A DNA stretch of 64,000 nt from positions 1 through 64,000 of IMG/VR virus record IMGVR_UViG_2974604416_000001; one strand, written 5' to 3'. The notes below the pieces were generated by a model that saw only the letters and a program-made list of their open reading frames with translations, had not been told where the DNA came from and ran no database searches. This document shows positions 29,996 to 42,071 of the stretch, piece by piece (the stretch's first letter is position 1; each line of letters opens with the position of its first letter). This DNA is from a virus. Taxonomy: Duplodnaviria; Heunggongvirae; Uroviricota; Caudoviricetes; Demerecviridae. The position numbers and the translations under genes were made by a program.

Positions 29996-32086
29996 CTAGT
30001 ACCTGTGATACTCGTTGGTACTGATTGCTTGAGTCATCCAACGCTGTACTACAGCCATAGCTTTAATATACTCGAACTGGTCAATATCATAAGCTACCTG
30101 ATAGCTAGACAGAGAAGTGAACTCTGTAGCTTTAGGGGCTACTGTCACAATAACGTTTCCACCAGAACGTTTGGTAGTTACGATAGAGCGAATGGGTTCA
30201 ACACCATTAGTTGCTCCTAGCAGCACTGAGGAGGATTCCCCAGGCATACAGGCCGTGAATGTAGAGTTACGAACACCGTAGAGCTTCATTTCCTTTCGCA
30301 GAGCTTCCCAGTCTAACTTAGTTGGGGTAGTTACTAGAGAATCTGAGTTTTTGTTAATCAAGTCAACTGGCAGAATGCCATCACTCATTTTAGTACGGTG
30401 ATATAGCTCACAAGCCCCACGCTCTTTAGCCAGTCGGATAGAAGCCTTAACAATACTGTAAAGCATTTGTTCGCCCTACTCATTGATAAGGTCACGAGCT
30501 TCTTGCCCTTCGTATGACAGACCATTTTCTGCCAAGTATCCCGCTAAGTTAATAAAGCCAATAGCTATGTTTCTACGTTGCTTAGCCAGCTACTTAATGG
30601 CTGGGAATGGGATATCCTGTAGATCAATGATAGTATCAATGAACTTCACTAGAAGGTACATAGACTTATCCCAGTCAGTGATTCTACCAAGCACTGCGCC
30701 ACCGAGGTTACACAGACTTACTTCCCCATTTTTCGGGTCTGGGCTAGTTTCATACAGGCCCAGAGGACTGTTGAAAGGTTTGGTAGGTTGTACTATTTCC
30801 ATACACAGGTTAGACTGGCATACAGGGTCTTTAAAAAGCGACTAGGCATTGGTGTTATAAACATCCTGCCAGTACATCCTACCACTCTCCAGACGACGTT
30901 GCATATAGGTATGTACCAGTTCCGTTGCTGGGATATAGCCAGACTATTTAGCCTCGCTGTAAAGTTTACGGAATAGCTCCAAGTCGTCGCTATAGAAAGC
31001 TGCGTACATATCCTCATGTCCGTACAAGGACACTAATTTTACGTTTTCACCCTTCGCGTAGAGTTCGTGTAGGATTCTATTATCCTGTAGTGCGTAGTCT
31101 AAGAACTCAATACGCTTGTCTTCGGACACCCTTTGAGACTTTAGGTTCAACAAGTCTGCAATTTCTGGGTCAAAGAATGGGTAAAACACAGTAGCGGAGC
31201 CGCCCCTAGCTTGTTGAGTAAGGGACTTAGTAAGCCTGTCTACAGCCCTGTAGAACGGTAATTTTCCTGTGTGCTAGAAGCTACCGTCACGAACAGGATC
31301 TCCCACACTTCTAGTGGTACCAATCCAACCAATACCAGCCCTAGCAGCCGTCATCTTAAAGATAACAGAGTTTGCCACATCTAAGCTGTTGATAGAGTCT
31401 CCCGCCTGAATTAGGCAGCAAGAAGCGAATCCTCGGTCATGAGTTCTCAAGCCTAACAGAGGGGGGGTAGGTACGTTTACCTTTTGTAGGGAAAACTCAT
31501 CGTACAAGTCTAGTAGCTCTTGGATAGTCCAGTCATTACGTCTACCTTTAGCGTCTACCCCAGTAGCCATACACATACCCATATACATGAATTGTGGTGT
31601 TTCCAGGATAGATTGGGTGTTAATGTCCTTTAACAGGTACTTGTCTGCACACTGCTTTAGTCCACCGTAGGTAAACAACTCATCCCTAGAATGGTCAATA
31701 TGGGCTGCGAAGGCACACATCTCGTCTAGGGAATACATGGTTGAGAAGTGCTGCCATTTGTTAGTGGACTCCATATGTTTAACGAAAGCTAACAAATTAG
31801 GTGGATTATATTGCCCATGCACTGCTTTACGCAGTTGAGCTAGGTAGAGCTTTTTAGCTGGCACATCATAGGAGTATTCTTCACTGATTAGGGACTCTGC
31901 GGCGTTTATCAGACTCTTTTGCAGCTGCTCTGAGGTACACTCTTCTGGCAGATTACCAATTGCAATCCCAGCGATTGCTGCCCAAGAGGCTTCTTCACCC
32001 TAGCAGGCCCATTCAGCCCATTGATTTAACTTGATAGGGTCAAAGGCTTCTTTTGTTCCGTCTCTTTTTACGATTGTCTTGATCAT
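29996..32086 (-). CDS. nrdA: class Ia ribonucleotide reductase large subunit, 696 codons including 6 in-frame TAG
   Basis: ATP-cone N-terminus MIKTIVKRDG; QSNLCMEIVQPTKP matches E. coli NrdA QSNLCLEIALPTKP; NSTFTACMPGESSS and TNGVEP motifs; all ORF pieces share one frame separated only by TAG at 32000-32002, 31274-31276, 30944-30946, 30842-30844, 30590-30592 and 30476-30478. Confidence 0.7.
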
Positions 32087-32857
32087 TTAAGTATCCAACT
32101 GATTTGGGGCTGGTAAAGATATCCCACTTCCCAAACAAAAATAGCATAATTAACAGCGGAGGAAGCACCGTCATCAATATCGTCTTTTAGACACTTGATT
32201 CGGTATGAGAATATATCAACATGCTTTAGCTGGCCTACAGTAGAGAAGAATTTACCTCTGGCTTGGGAGGTTAAAAAGTCTAGGCGTAGTAGCATGATAA
32301 CTTTTCCACCCTTAGTGCCCCTAAGCAAATGTAGAGCATGCTCTACGTATTTCTGTGCCTGCTTATATGGAGGGTTTGTTATAATGGTTGTTACTGGTTC
32401 ACCGTAGTACATAAAGGGTAGTTTTTCTGTATTAAAGAAGTCTACTACCTCTGTAGGGAAGCCTCTGCTGTTTATATAGCCATAGTCGTAGATGTCTGAG
32501 GAGTATACTGAGAAACCCTATTCCTCCAGTGGGGTAGAAACTTTTCCCGTACCAACTGAGGGCTCCCAGAGTATCTCTCCAGTATTTAGGTACTTTAAAG
32601 CATGTTGTACGAAATCTGGTGGAGAAGTGTAGAAGTCTAGTGCCTACACATCACTTCTACGGATAGTATTAGCACTGGCCATGGGTGCCTGCCTTGCGAA
32701 TTTCAAATCCGTGTTTTACTAACTCACTAGTGACTGCTTCTAGGGGTAGATGATATGCTACTGGGCCTATGTACTCTTCTGCTATTTCTCGGATTTCCTT
32801 AGCAGACACAAATTCTCCGTTTAGTGTATAATGAATCATGACTCTGGATCCTCTCAA
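32083..32857 (-). CDS. DNA amino-methyltransferase (TAG-containing)
   Basis: motif IV ITNPPY in the downstream piece; N-terminal piece 32669-32857 lies upstream. Confidence 0.45.
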
Positions 32858-32904
32858 ATTTTAAGTAAATAAAATCCCCCAACTGACGCTGGGGGATTTT
32901 TGTA

Positions 32905-33702
32905 TTAATCCCAGAAATCAACAAAGAACTCTGCGGTCTCTGAGCGCACGGACTTAAGCAGTTCTATTACAGCTACTGGCTTACGTTCGTATGTTTCAAG
33001 CTTTTCAAGCAGCTCTACCAGAGGAGAGTCACCGGGAAGGTCACACTGCTTCTAGTCACCAGTAAGCACTAGCTTACCAGAAGAACCTAGACGCTGAGTT
33101 AAGCACTTTAGTGCCTCCCTAGACAGGTTCTGCGCTTCGTCCGCTAAAACAACAGTAGGGATATGACCACCCAGAGTTCTACCGCGCATGTGCTCTACGG
33201 CCAGAACTTCAATAGCCTCTGTTTCTACTAGTTCCTTTAGTTTGTTAGGGTTTACGTAATAACTGAACCCATCAAAGTATGGAGCAATCCAGGGCTTCAT
33301 CTTCTCGTAGAGGGAGCCTGGTAGAGAACCTAGACTCGGGCCAAGCGGTACGTTAGGACGAATTAGGATAATTTTTCCGATCTTACCTTCTAGGAGCTGT
33401 TGGATGTAGTACGCAGATGGCAGGAAAGTTTTACCTGTACCAGCTGGGCCAATACCTACAACCACTGAAAAGTTTTTCAGGGTATTCAAATACTTACGCT
33501 GCTCGTCATTCTTGGGAGTAAGTTCGCGTGGCGCTCTTACATCCTGTTTCTTACTACCATAGCTGGCAGGGAAAGAAGTGACGTTATTATGGCTACTATG
33601 GGCCGGGCCTGCCTACTCGTCTGTATTCAGAGCTCCTTGGCGTGCAAGACGACGAAGCTCTTTACGAGAAAGACGTTGGGGTTCCGCAGCTGGTTTTGTC
33701 AT
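32905..33702 (-). CDS. phoH: PhoH-like ATPase (one in-frame TAG at 33052-33054)
   Basis: Walker A GPAGTGKT; conserved motif reads VLTGD-TAG-KQCDLPG (the GDxxQxDLP PhoH motif), continuing to a TAA at 32905. Confidence 0.65.
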
Positions 33703-33749
33703 ACGATGTATCTCCGAGGCAAAGGTGGATTAGAAGTTAGTTTTCTCTC

Positions 33750-33790
33750 TCACCTATATAGTATAGCAAAAATGGAGGTATGCTGCAACT
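33750..33790 (-). promoter_or_regulatory. conserved promoter-RBS cassette upstream of phoH
   Basis: atatagtatagcaaaaatggaggtatg (reverse complement gives the TATACT/TATAAT-type element plus RBS). Confidence 0.4.
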
Positions 33791-34355
33791 ATTATTTTAA
33801 ATCCGGTAGGGCATCTACTAGTTGCTCTATGGAATCAAAATACTTCATAGGGAATTTCTTATCCCTATACACTTTAGCTCTAGTCTCCTAATGCCGGTAC
33901 CCAGTTCCACCAGATAAAGCTAGGTCTATAGCAATAGGTGTGCGCTTACCCCTCATAAGTCTTTGTATGCGTCCAATTAGCTGGGCTATTAGTGACTAGT
34001 TATCACTACTAGAAGTGAGTATTAGACAAGACAGTATACTTAGTGATAGACCTTCCGAGAATATAGAAGTAGTGGATACCACCCCCTAGTACTTACCTTC
34101 TTGCACTTGCTCCAAGATGGCAGCCCGGTTCTTTTCCTCTGAAATAATTAGTGCCCACTTCTTTCCAGTTACTTCTTCCAGCACACTGGCAAGTGTTCGA
34201 GAGAAGTCTACTCGGTCTGAGGTGATAAGAGGTATGTGCCCGCTAAAATGGGCCTAAGCCTACAAGCAAACTATTTCCTTTAGGTAAACATCCTGACTAT
34301 ATAAATCTGTCACCTAGTTAGCCCAACCACCAGGCTGTGCTGTTAGGTTAAATTT

Positions 34356-35220
34356 CTACTTGGAGTAGGTTCTGAGAACTATTGGAATCATCACGTTCTC
34401 TTCTTTCGGGATTACAACATTCTTGCTGAACCACCCTGGGAATAAAACATGCTTACCGTCTTTACGGATTAGTGTACCACTAAGACCTAGCTTAATACCA
34501 GCGAAACTATGTACTAGTACTTTTTCAAAGGTGGACGCTGGGCAATGATGTACTTCATCCATAATCAGTAAACCAAACTCTCTACATAAGGATTGGGCAT
34601 GCTTCTGTACGGTTTGTATGTTACCAATTACTATAGGGGTAGAGGTATCTACCTGACCACCCCCGATTATAGAAGGTGTAAAGCCAAAATGTTTCCTAAC
34701 TTCTTGCACCCACATATCTCGAATATCCGTAGTCGTGGTGACTACCAGCGTCTTTAGCTGCAATTTGTGGGCTATAGCCAGCTAAGTAATAGTTTTACCA
34801 AACCCAGGTATTGCGTTAATAATCCCATTTAGCTAAAATCCCCCTATTTTAGGGTAACTAAGGAACTATTCCATAGCCATATCCTGAGATTCCCTCAACA
34901 CAAATAGAGGGTCTGGTATTTTCTACGGAACCTTAGAAGTTCTGTCTACAAACTCAAACTGACAACCCTAACCTGTTACCCGTTTGCACATACCAATGAT
35001 GGTATCTATGTGTCCCGAAGGGAAGGAATAGGCCTGTTTAGCTGTTGATATAGTCTTAATCTGGAGCTAGATTGGTTGAAACTTCTGATTAGGGCTTTGT
35101 TTAGGTAAAATAAACGTAAGAAGCTCTACCTATTGCTGGTGTTCTTCTGGCGTAAGCCGCATATATACTTGGTCTGATATAACCACCTTTCGTGGCTAGC
35201 TTAAAGCTTCTTTCTACGTG
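34356..35220 (-). CDS. SF2 (DExH) helicase, with at least 4 in-frame TAG in the N-terminal region
   Basis: Walker A IPGFGKTIT and DEVHH (DExH) motif; frame continues upstream through TAG at 34782-34784, 34833-34835, 34866-34868 and 34923-34925; 5' boundary uncertain. Confidence 0.5.
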
Positions 35221-35227
35221 AACAATT

Positions 35228-35482
35228 CTACGTGTCTCCAAAATCTAAAGGCATGTAACACATTGCCCCTAGTTTAACTAGGTAAACATATAAGTAGCCC
35301 CTAGAAGCAACTACACGTTCTAGGCCTCCCTCTGGGAGTTTGTACCACATTTCTACCCTGCTATCTTCTAGTTGGTTTGCCTTTATAATTTTAGCTGGCA
35401 CTACATCATAGTAGGTACTTTTTACCCACTTAAACACCCTGCCTTGGTTATTTATAAAGTTTAGCGTTCCACTATTAGCCAA
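35228..35482 (-). CDS. hypothetical protein
   Basis: 84-aa ORF. Confidence 0.35.
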   Translation of the reverse strand: MANSGTLNFINNQGRVFKWVKSTYYDVVPAKIIKANQLEDSRVEMWYKLPEGGLERVVASRGYLYVYLVKLGAMCYMPLDFGDT

Positions 35483-35715
35483 CTCCTACAAAGTATTGCA
35501 TATCTTGTGCAATGGGTACAGCCTATAGGGTGTCTTGTTGTTTACCTACAACCAGAGACGCCTTTCGGTATAGGTCTATCCTGGGGCGTTCTAGTCATCT
35601 AGTAAGTATTTCTCCATAGCTGAGGTTATGTACGTTTTTGGGCCGTCCTTCTCTATGCTTACATACTACCTTAAAGGAAATAGGGGCAAATTTGCCCCTA
35701 TAAAGTTCTTCAAGC

Positions 35716-38124
35716 TCATAGTGCAGCTACGGTTGGGTACTGCTTCTGCAACTTACCACAAGAGTAGTCGAAGGAACCACCGTCCTCGGAGTCAGAATCA
35801 ACGCCCATAGGCGCCCCAGGGATCATTAGTCCACGGTCTTTCTGAATGTTACGTACAACAAGCTCCAAATACTCTTCCACACATGACTCATGAACTTCTG
35901 CTACTACCGAGTCATGAACCATACAAAGGATTTGAGCGTCGAGCTTACGTGCATTAATCTCTGCTTCTGCGTCAATAGCCCCCAGCAGCAGGATATCAGA
36001 AGATGCCCCTTGGATGATGGCATTAAACCCAGAACGCAGCTCTTCACCGATAACACCACGGTCACTAGAGGTGATGTTACGTAGGCGACGCTTACGGCCA
36101 AAGTGGCTGTAAATGAAGCCGTGGTTCAGAATCTGATTGTGGCACTCAGTAATCCACTGCTTCAAACGAGGGAATCGCTTGAAGTACACAGCGATGTATT
36201 CTTCTGCCTTTTCCTTGGTGCAAGGAACAAATGGTTCACCAGTTTTCAGGCTTTGTTCCAGAAGCGCTTCGTTAACTGCCTGCGCAACTTTAGCAGGGCC
36301 AGAACCGTACAAGATACCGAAGGTGATCGCTTTAGCGGCTTGACGCAGTGCTGGGAACAGCTTCTTAACTTCCTGTGGCTCACAGGACAAACCAAACACC
36401 ATGTGCGCGATGTTACTGTGGAAGTCAGGATACTTAGCTGGGTCTCTGGTCATGTTGATAAAGACTTGTTGTAGGCCCTTATCTCCAGACAGGGCAGCAG
36501 CCACCCAAACTTCCGCAGTGGTCATATCCACCGCTACGATTCTGTACCCTTCTCTTGCCTTAATACAGCCCTTGACGAGTGCGTCATCACGAGGAAGCTG
36601 TTGCAGGTTCAACGTACCACTGGAGGATAGACGACCAGAGGTTGTGGTGTGCAAGTGGAAGCCAGTACGTAGACGACCATCGAGGTCTACGTGATCCAGT
36701 GCTTTCTCGATGTAGGTGTTTAGCAGCTTAGAGAACTTACGGTACTCTAGGATTGCTTTAGCAATACTGGAATCTTGGTCTGATGCCAGTTTTTCCAAAG
36801 CTTCTGCGTTGGTTGAGTCTTGCTTGGTATCAGTCATGATACCAGTCGGTGTCAACCCTTCGTAATCAAACAGCAGTGTGCGCAGTTGAACAGGAGAGGC
36901 TGGGTTAAACGCTGAACCTTTGTCAAGTTCGTATCTGTTTACACTGTCGAACTGGTAGATTCGTTCTTGTGCTTCACGAATTTTTTCTGATACTACGGCA
37001 CTTGCTTCTTTAAGTCGAGAAACGCTGAAAGGTACACCACGAGATTCGATGCGCTGCAAGAAGCGGTTGCCTGGAATCAAGATGTTGGTGTAAAGAGAGT
37101 TTAGCTGTGGATTTTTACGAATAAGCGGCAAGAACTTATTGTGCAGACGCAGAGTAGCATCAGGGTCTTTTGCCGCGTAGACCTTAAGGATGTCCCAAGG
37201 GATGAGGTCGTAAGTAAAATCCTCTTTCTTGACATTATGCAGTGTGCAGTACGACTTTTTAAATTCTTCCAGCTCTAGGTCATAGTCACCCAAGTCAGTG
37301 TAGTCGATGGCCAAAGACTTCAAACCATGCGTACCAGTACGTTCGTCAAGGGTATAATGCTGCAACATGGTATCATGCATACGGTTTTCATCGTATGCCT
37401 TGTTAAAGTCGATACCGAAATGGTACTCAAACCAGTGTTGGTCAAACTTCAAGTTATGAAACACAATGTCCGCCGGAGAGTCAAAAATTTGCTGCACCAG
37501 ACCAATAAGCTTGGTATCAAACAAATCCGCATGGATATACCGGCCATAGCCCGGAGTGTCACAGAAGCACAAGCCTAGTGGGTAGCCTTTGCGGGCATAC
37601 AATGCTGTGGTTTCCGAGTCCATACCAACTGCCGGACTTTTACCGGACATGACATTTTGCACAACTTGACTAAGGTAGCTTTCCGCTTCCTTGTAGTCAG
37701 TGATACCTTCCCAGCTGCCTTCTGCTTTTGTTTGGCCAGAAACCAACAACTGACGGATCTTGGAAATGGTTTTTTCCATTACCGGTTTGTTCTCTGGTCG
37801 GAAAGAGAGAACAGCCGGAGAAATAGACGCAATAAACTTTGCGTTAGCCCAGGCGTCCTTGGGAGGGGCAATAAGTCCAGTGTAATCTGTTACCGAGGTA
37901 ACTCGGCTATACTCTTTCAAAGCCTCAGAACCTACCAGAATAGTGAAATCGTACTCCATTGGGTTAAACTGGATGTCAATGTTCTTCTTGGTCGGCTTCT
38001 TAATAGAAGGGTCAGAACATAGATGGTAAACATCTACTGGGATAGTCCCATTGAAGTAAATGTTAGAATAGTTCTGTCGGTTGGGGCTTTTATCTACTAC
38101 GGCAATTTTAGGTACTTTGGTCAT
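35716..38124 (-). CDS. pol: DNA polymerase I family with 3'-5' exonuclease domain
   Basis: about 800-aa intact ORF; exo motifs (GMDSETT...) and PolA palm motifs (VHDSVVAEV, ITFGILYGSG); TGA stop; zero in-frame TAG. Confidence 0.85.
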   Translation of the reverse strand: MTKVPKIAVVDKSPNRQNYSNIYFNGTIPVDVYHLCSDPSIKKPTKKNIDIQFNPMEYDFTILVGSEALKEYSRVTSVTDYTGLIAPPKDAWANAKFIASISPAVLSFRPENKPVMEKTISKIRQLLVSGQTKAEGSWEGITDYKEAESYLSQVVQNVMSGKSPAVGMDSETTALYARKGYPLGLCFCDTPGYGRYIHADLFDTKLIGLVQQIFDSPADIVFHNLKFDQHWFEYHFGIDFNKAYDENRMHDTMLQHYTLDERTGTHGLKSLAIDYTDLGDYDLELEEFKKSYCTLHNVKKEDFTYDLIPWDILKVYAAKDPDATLRLHNKFLPLIRKNPQLNSLYTNILIPGNRFLQRIESRGVPFSVSRLKEASAVVSEKIREAQERIYQFDSVNRYELDKGSAFNPASPVQLRTLLFDYEGLTPTGIMTDTKQDSTNAEALEKLASDQDSSIAKAILEYRKFSKLLNTYIEKALDHVDLDGRLRTGFHLHTTTSGRLSSSGTLNLQQLPRDDALVKGCIKAREGYRIVAVDMTTAEVWVAAALSGDKGLQQVFINMTRDPAKYPDFHSNIAHMVFGLSCEPQEVKKLFPALRQAAKAITFGILYGSGPAKVAQAVNEALLEQSLKTGEPFVPCTKEKAEEYIAVYFKRFPRLKQWITECHNQILNHGFIYSHFGRKRRLRNITSSDRGVIGEELRSGFNAIIQGASSDILLLGAIDAEAEINARKLDAQILCMVHDSVVAEVHESCVEEYLELVVRNIQKDRGLMIPGAPMGVDSDSEDGGSFDYSCGKLQKQYPTVAAL

Positions 38125-38169
38125 ATACTCAGGTCTCCTTAAACCTCTGTCCAATCAATCTCATCAATA

Positions 38170-39002
38170 AACTTCTTCAAGTAGTCTACCTCAGGCTTAC
38201 TAAGTCCGCCTGGGTCTCCGCCTTGTGGTAGTATATGGTTCTACACATATACTCTAAAGTGCTTAGATAGCACTTTTGATAGGTTCTGAGCAGCAGCATT
38301 ACCTGCGTCATCATTATCCATCAATATCACTACTTTTTTCGTATCTGCCGCAACTAAAGGTAGGCACTTTTGGTCAACTGTTCTATGTGTAACAGTTGAG
38401 GCACCAAATACCTAAGTCACGTTAGACACCCCCTTGTCCATAAGGTTGGCAACGTCAAATATGCCTTCCACTAGAATAGTTACTCCATTACTCTGCACAG
38501 CAGGGTAGAAGGGTATTTTTGCACCATCTGGGTAGGCTAAATACTTCGGCTTTAAGTCACTATACATAGAACGCTAGATTACTGCGCATAGGTTGCCTGT
38601 TACCAAGTCTGTAATTGGGAAACATAGGCGCCCCTCCCAGTTAGAGTGGGTGAACGCTTCTAATTTCTTGTAGGTATCCTACGATATATCTCTGTAGGTC
38701 TACGCAAAAGGCTCAATGGACGGTGGCAGGGTTATGCCCACGGAGAAAATGTTGAGCTCTTGTAATTTTCTCTTGAACTGTCGTATCTTTGGGGAAACTT
38801 TTGGTAGTTCCACACCCAAGTATTCATGAATAGACTTACCTTTGAAACCACACGCATAACAGTGGTATACTCCTAGCTCTTTGTCAATGTACATTGATGG
38901 TGAAGAGTCTTCGTGTTCTGGATTTAAGCACAGCACTAGGTAGTCCTTACCTTTTTCCTTAAAAGGAATGCCACGCTGCTCTAGTAGCTCTTTTACATTC
39001 AT
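38170..39002 (-). CDS. DnaG-like DNA primase (TAG-containing)
   Basis: N-terminal CHC2 zinc finger CLNPEHEDSSPSM...YHCYACG; frame continues through TAG at 38700-38702, 38679-38681 and 38574-38576; 3' boundary approximate. Confidence 0.55.
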
Positions 39003-39267
39003 ATTACCTCACTTTCCAATATTATACACCTAAAAAGGCCTGTGATCAAGATTTATAACAAAAAAGGAGATGATTTTACTCATCTCCTTGTTCTTCTTGC
39101 GGCACTTTGACTATGCTTTGCGGGATAATTTTCATGTAGTCCCACGACATATGGGTCACGAAGTTGATACCTGCTGGGAGGTTACGCAACTTAGCTACTG
39201 TAAGTGTCAGAACTGAGCCAGATTTATTAATGGTGAACTACATATCCACCTAGTCTAACAAACCTTT

Positions 39268-40434
39268 CTACATACGAGTGGCTCCGTTTTCATCTACTTG
39301 ATACGGTGAAATAACCAGAACTTTCTGCTTCCTGGCTATTGTGTTCTTAAGCATAGTTGCTAACTGTGTTTGAACTTTCCAATCCAGCCTATCCAGAGTT
39401 TTTACGCCCTCAAGTATAAGCTGGTTTACATAGTCAACAATTACCGTGGTTACTAGTCCAGGGTATTTTGCCTTTAGTGTCGTTAGTACTAAATCAATGG
39501 TGGAGATTTTTAGGTTCCTATCATCAATTACTACTATCGGTAAAATCTGTTTTAGGTGTTGCTTGAAATACGTTTCGTGGCTTTGGAATAGGTCTCTCGT
39601 AGGAGGCTCTTCTAGTGCTTTTAGTTGATCCATTAAGTAATCAAAACCACCTTCGTACTGTGCGGCTTGGGAAAGCTACAACTGTACTTGTTCAAAGTGG
39701 TTCATAGTACCATTACGTAGTGCAGAGAATCTGACACCACTGGCAGTCTACCAAAATCTCTGGTATGTTTCCTCAGCAGTCATTTCGATAGTACAGTACG
39801 GGGCTATTTTACCAACCATCCAATGGTGGGCACAGATGTTAATACAAAGTGCTGATTTACCAACTCCTCGATATCCACCTAGAAGAATAAGCTCTTCTTC
39901 CTTACCTCCCAGAAACTCCATATCCCAGCGCTCTGATAACCCAAGGGTTGAGAACTAGGTTTGGGTTTCTTCCTCCGCACGAAACATTGAAATTTCGTTA
40001 CCGTAGAATACTTTGTCAGAACTGTCTATCTCCTCTTCCACTAGCATCTAAATAGCCTAGAGTTCTTCCACTATCTCCTGTGGCCCTAACAAGGGTAAGT
40101 TGTCTGCAAACTTGTCTAACTTCTCGATAGCGATATGCTGGATGTGCTCGGCTTCTAGTTGCTCCAACTATAGTGAGATTGGTACGTCCGGTAGCTCCAC
40201 CTTTTCAAGTGCTAGTACCTAATGCAGGACGGAAGAGTTTCTGGAGTTAAACAGCTTTAACTCTTCAAAAGATGGGACTCTGGCATGTGCTTCGTAGAAG
40301 TTATTTACTGATCGATATACGCTGGAGAATAGGCCCGAGAAGTACTACGATTTCAGCTTTTCCATCTAAGCTAGCTTTTGCTCCTAGTCTGTAGACTATA
40401 GCAAAAGCCCTAGAGTTGTGCTTTGTAGTGACAT
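39268..40434 (-). CDS. DnaB-like replicative helicase (about 11 in-frame TAG)
   Basis: Walker A GYRGVGKSALCI and H3-like VIVDYVNQLIL; start ATG at 40434 with an AAGGAGC RBS. Confidence 0.55.
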
Positions 40435-40460
40435 CTAAGCTCCTTGAGTAATAAAACAAA

Positions 40461-40497
40461 ACAAAAAAGGAGGCACTTAGGCCTCCTTCTTTATAGC
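40461..40497 (-). terminator. rho-independent terminator
   Basis: aggaggc-actta-gcctcct hairpin followed on the minus strand by ttttttgttttgtttt. Confidence 0.6.
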
Positions 40498-40515
40498 TCT
40501 GAAGCCAGAACTTTA

Positions 40516-41253
40516 TTACTCAGCAGCTTCTTTAGCCTTCTTGGCGTCAGCAGCAGCCTTTTTAGCTGCTCCATCATAGTCAACAGCGCTCAGGCCACGA
40601 CGGGTCAGCATGGACTTAACGGAACGCTCGCCCTTGCCAGTTGCTTCAACCAGTTGTGCAACGGTCATTTCAGCAACGTCCAAACCTTCGAACTAATCGG
40701 CAGAAGCCTTACGTGCGCTAGCTTCCTGCTTCGGAATAGCAGCGATGCGACCTTCGCGGTGCAGGGACAGAGCCTTACCACGAATCTGCGGCAGGGTACG
40801 ACCCAGAGCAGCAGCAACTGCGTCAATAGAAGCGCCTTCGTTGGCCATTTCTACGAACACTGCTTCTTCTTGTTCGGTATAAGTACGAACTACTTCCTTC
40901 TTCGGAGTAGCCTTAACCAGAGAGGTCAGTTCCTCAGACAGAACCTTACCTTGTACGGTACGGGCATTAACTTCGAAGGACAGTTGACCAGCCAGTTCAG
41001 CGTAGGTAAACACACCCGGATTAGCGTTCAGGACGCTATGCAGTTCAGCAGTCTGCTCAGGAGACCATGCGGTCTTTTGGGCTGACAGAGACTCAACAGT
41101 ATAACCAGCCTTACGCAGCTTAGCTGCTACAGAGCGAGAAGTAGTGTCCAGCTTCTCAGCCAGGTCAACAACAACTTCTTTGCTTACGCTTGCCATACCG
41201 TCAACAGTGCTGAACAGGGTATTGGTCATTTCTTCGTTCCACTTCTTAGCCAT
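40516..41253 (-). CDS. alanine-rich protein in a GC-rich island (one in-frame TAG at 40693-40695)
   Basis: start MAKKWNEEMT with a GGAGAGA RBS; frame passes the TAG and ends in TAA at 40516; local GC about 55 percent. Confidence 0.45.
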
Positions 41254-42025
41254 TTGTATTTCTCTCCACAAGCTCTTTAATAGAGCCAATAGTTATTCCT
41301 AGTCCTACAGCTTTCTTATAGGAGCTGGATGTTGTTTTAGATTCATCTTCGCATACGAGGAAGTTAGTTGCCTTAGTTACTGTATCTTTTACAGTGTAAC
41401 CTAAAGAGGTTAAGTAGGTTTTCGCTTCGTCGCGGTTTTTAAAGTCATTCAAAGAACCAGTAATTACTATGACTAAGCCGTTATTAATAGGTGTTACATT
41501 GATTGGGGCTTTAGTACTAGGAACTACTCGGTCTTCTAGGTCGAACACCCAAGGATTCTCAATAGCAAATTCTTGGAGTAAACCGGTCAACCTAGGGGTT
41601 ACTACGTCCTTCATAGTGAAGGCTTGTTCCAAAGAACTGGCTTGTGCTGCTAAAGTTTTTGAAGCAGTAGCACCAAAGCCAGTAATGGCTAAGCCTTCTA
41701 GGAACTTGTCCATTGGAATCTTGGTCGTCTTGTCTACCAACTCTTTGTGTAGCTTATTAGCCATGAGGTCTGAAAAACCTGCATTTATAAAGTCTTCGAC
41801 AGTCAAACCAAGAAATTCAGGTATCGTTGATACCGAAATCTTTTCCAATGTTGCTGGGCCAAATCCTTTTACGGATAGAGCTTTGCAAAACTTTTCTAGT
41901 CGCTTGCCAGTCTGAGCTGCGCAACCAGCTTTGTTCGGGCATTTCAGTGTGACCGCAATCGGTGACACTACCCGTTCCAACAGTGTACCACAGCTTGGAC
42001 ACTGTGTTGGCGGAATAATCTTCAT
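41246..42025 (-). CDS. ligB: NAD-dependent DNA ligase, C-terminal subunit (Zn finger, HhH, BRCT)
   Basis: CPSCG...CPN zinc finger, HhH region and BRCT-like tail; own RBS GAAGGAGC; separate frame from ligA. Confidence 0.7.
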   Translation of the reverse strand: MKIIPPTQCPSCGTLLERVVSPIAVTLKCPNKAGCAAQTGKRLEKFCKALSVKGFGPATLEKISVSTIPEFLGLTVEDFINAGFSDLMANKLHKELVDKTTKIPMDKFLEGLAITGFGATASKTLAAQASSLEQAFTMKDVVTPRLTGLLQEFAIENPWVFDLEDRVVPSTKAPINVTPINNGLVIVITGSLNDFKNRDEAKTYLTSLGYTVKDTVTKATNFLVCEDESKTTSSSYKKAVGLGITIGSIKELVERNTNG

Positions 42026-42040
42026 TGAAGCTCCTTCACA

Positions 42041-42071
42041 CTTTGTACATACAGTATATCAAGTTTTGGGG
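42041..42071 (-). promoter_or_regulatory. conserved promoter-RBS cassette upstream of ligB
   Basis: reverse complement reads TTGATATACTgtatgtacaaagtgtGAAGGAGc; an additional TTGACG-17-TATACT promoter lies at about 42120-42150. Confidence 0.45.

Noticed and set aside
28517-40434. Fragmented nrdA, nrdB, phoH, helicase and primase as pseudogenes, frameshift errors or intron-split genes
   Set aside because: All pieces of each gene are in one frame and separated by single TAG codons only, with conserved motifs continuing immediately after each TAG. This is not the pattern of decay, frameshifts or group I introns.
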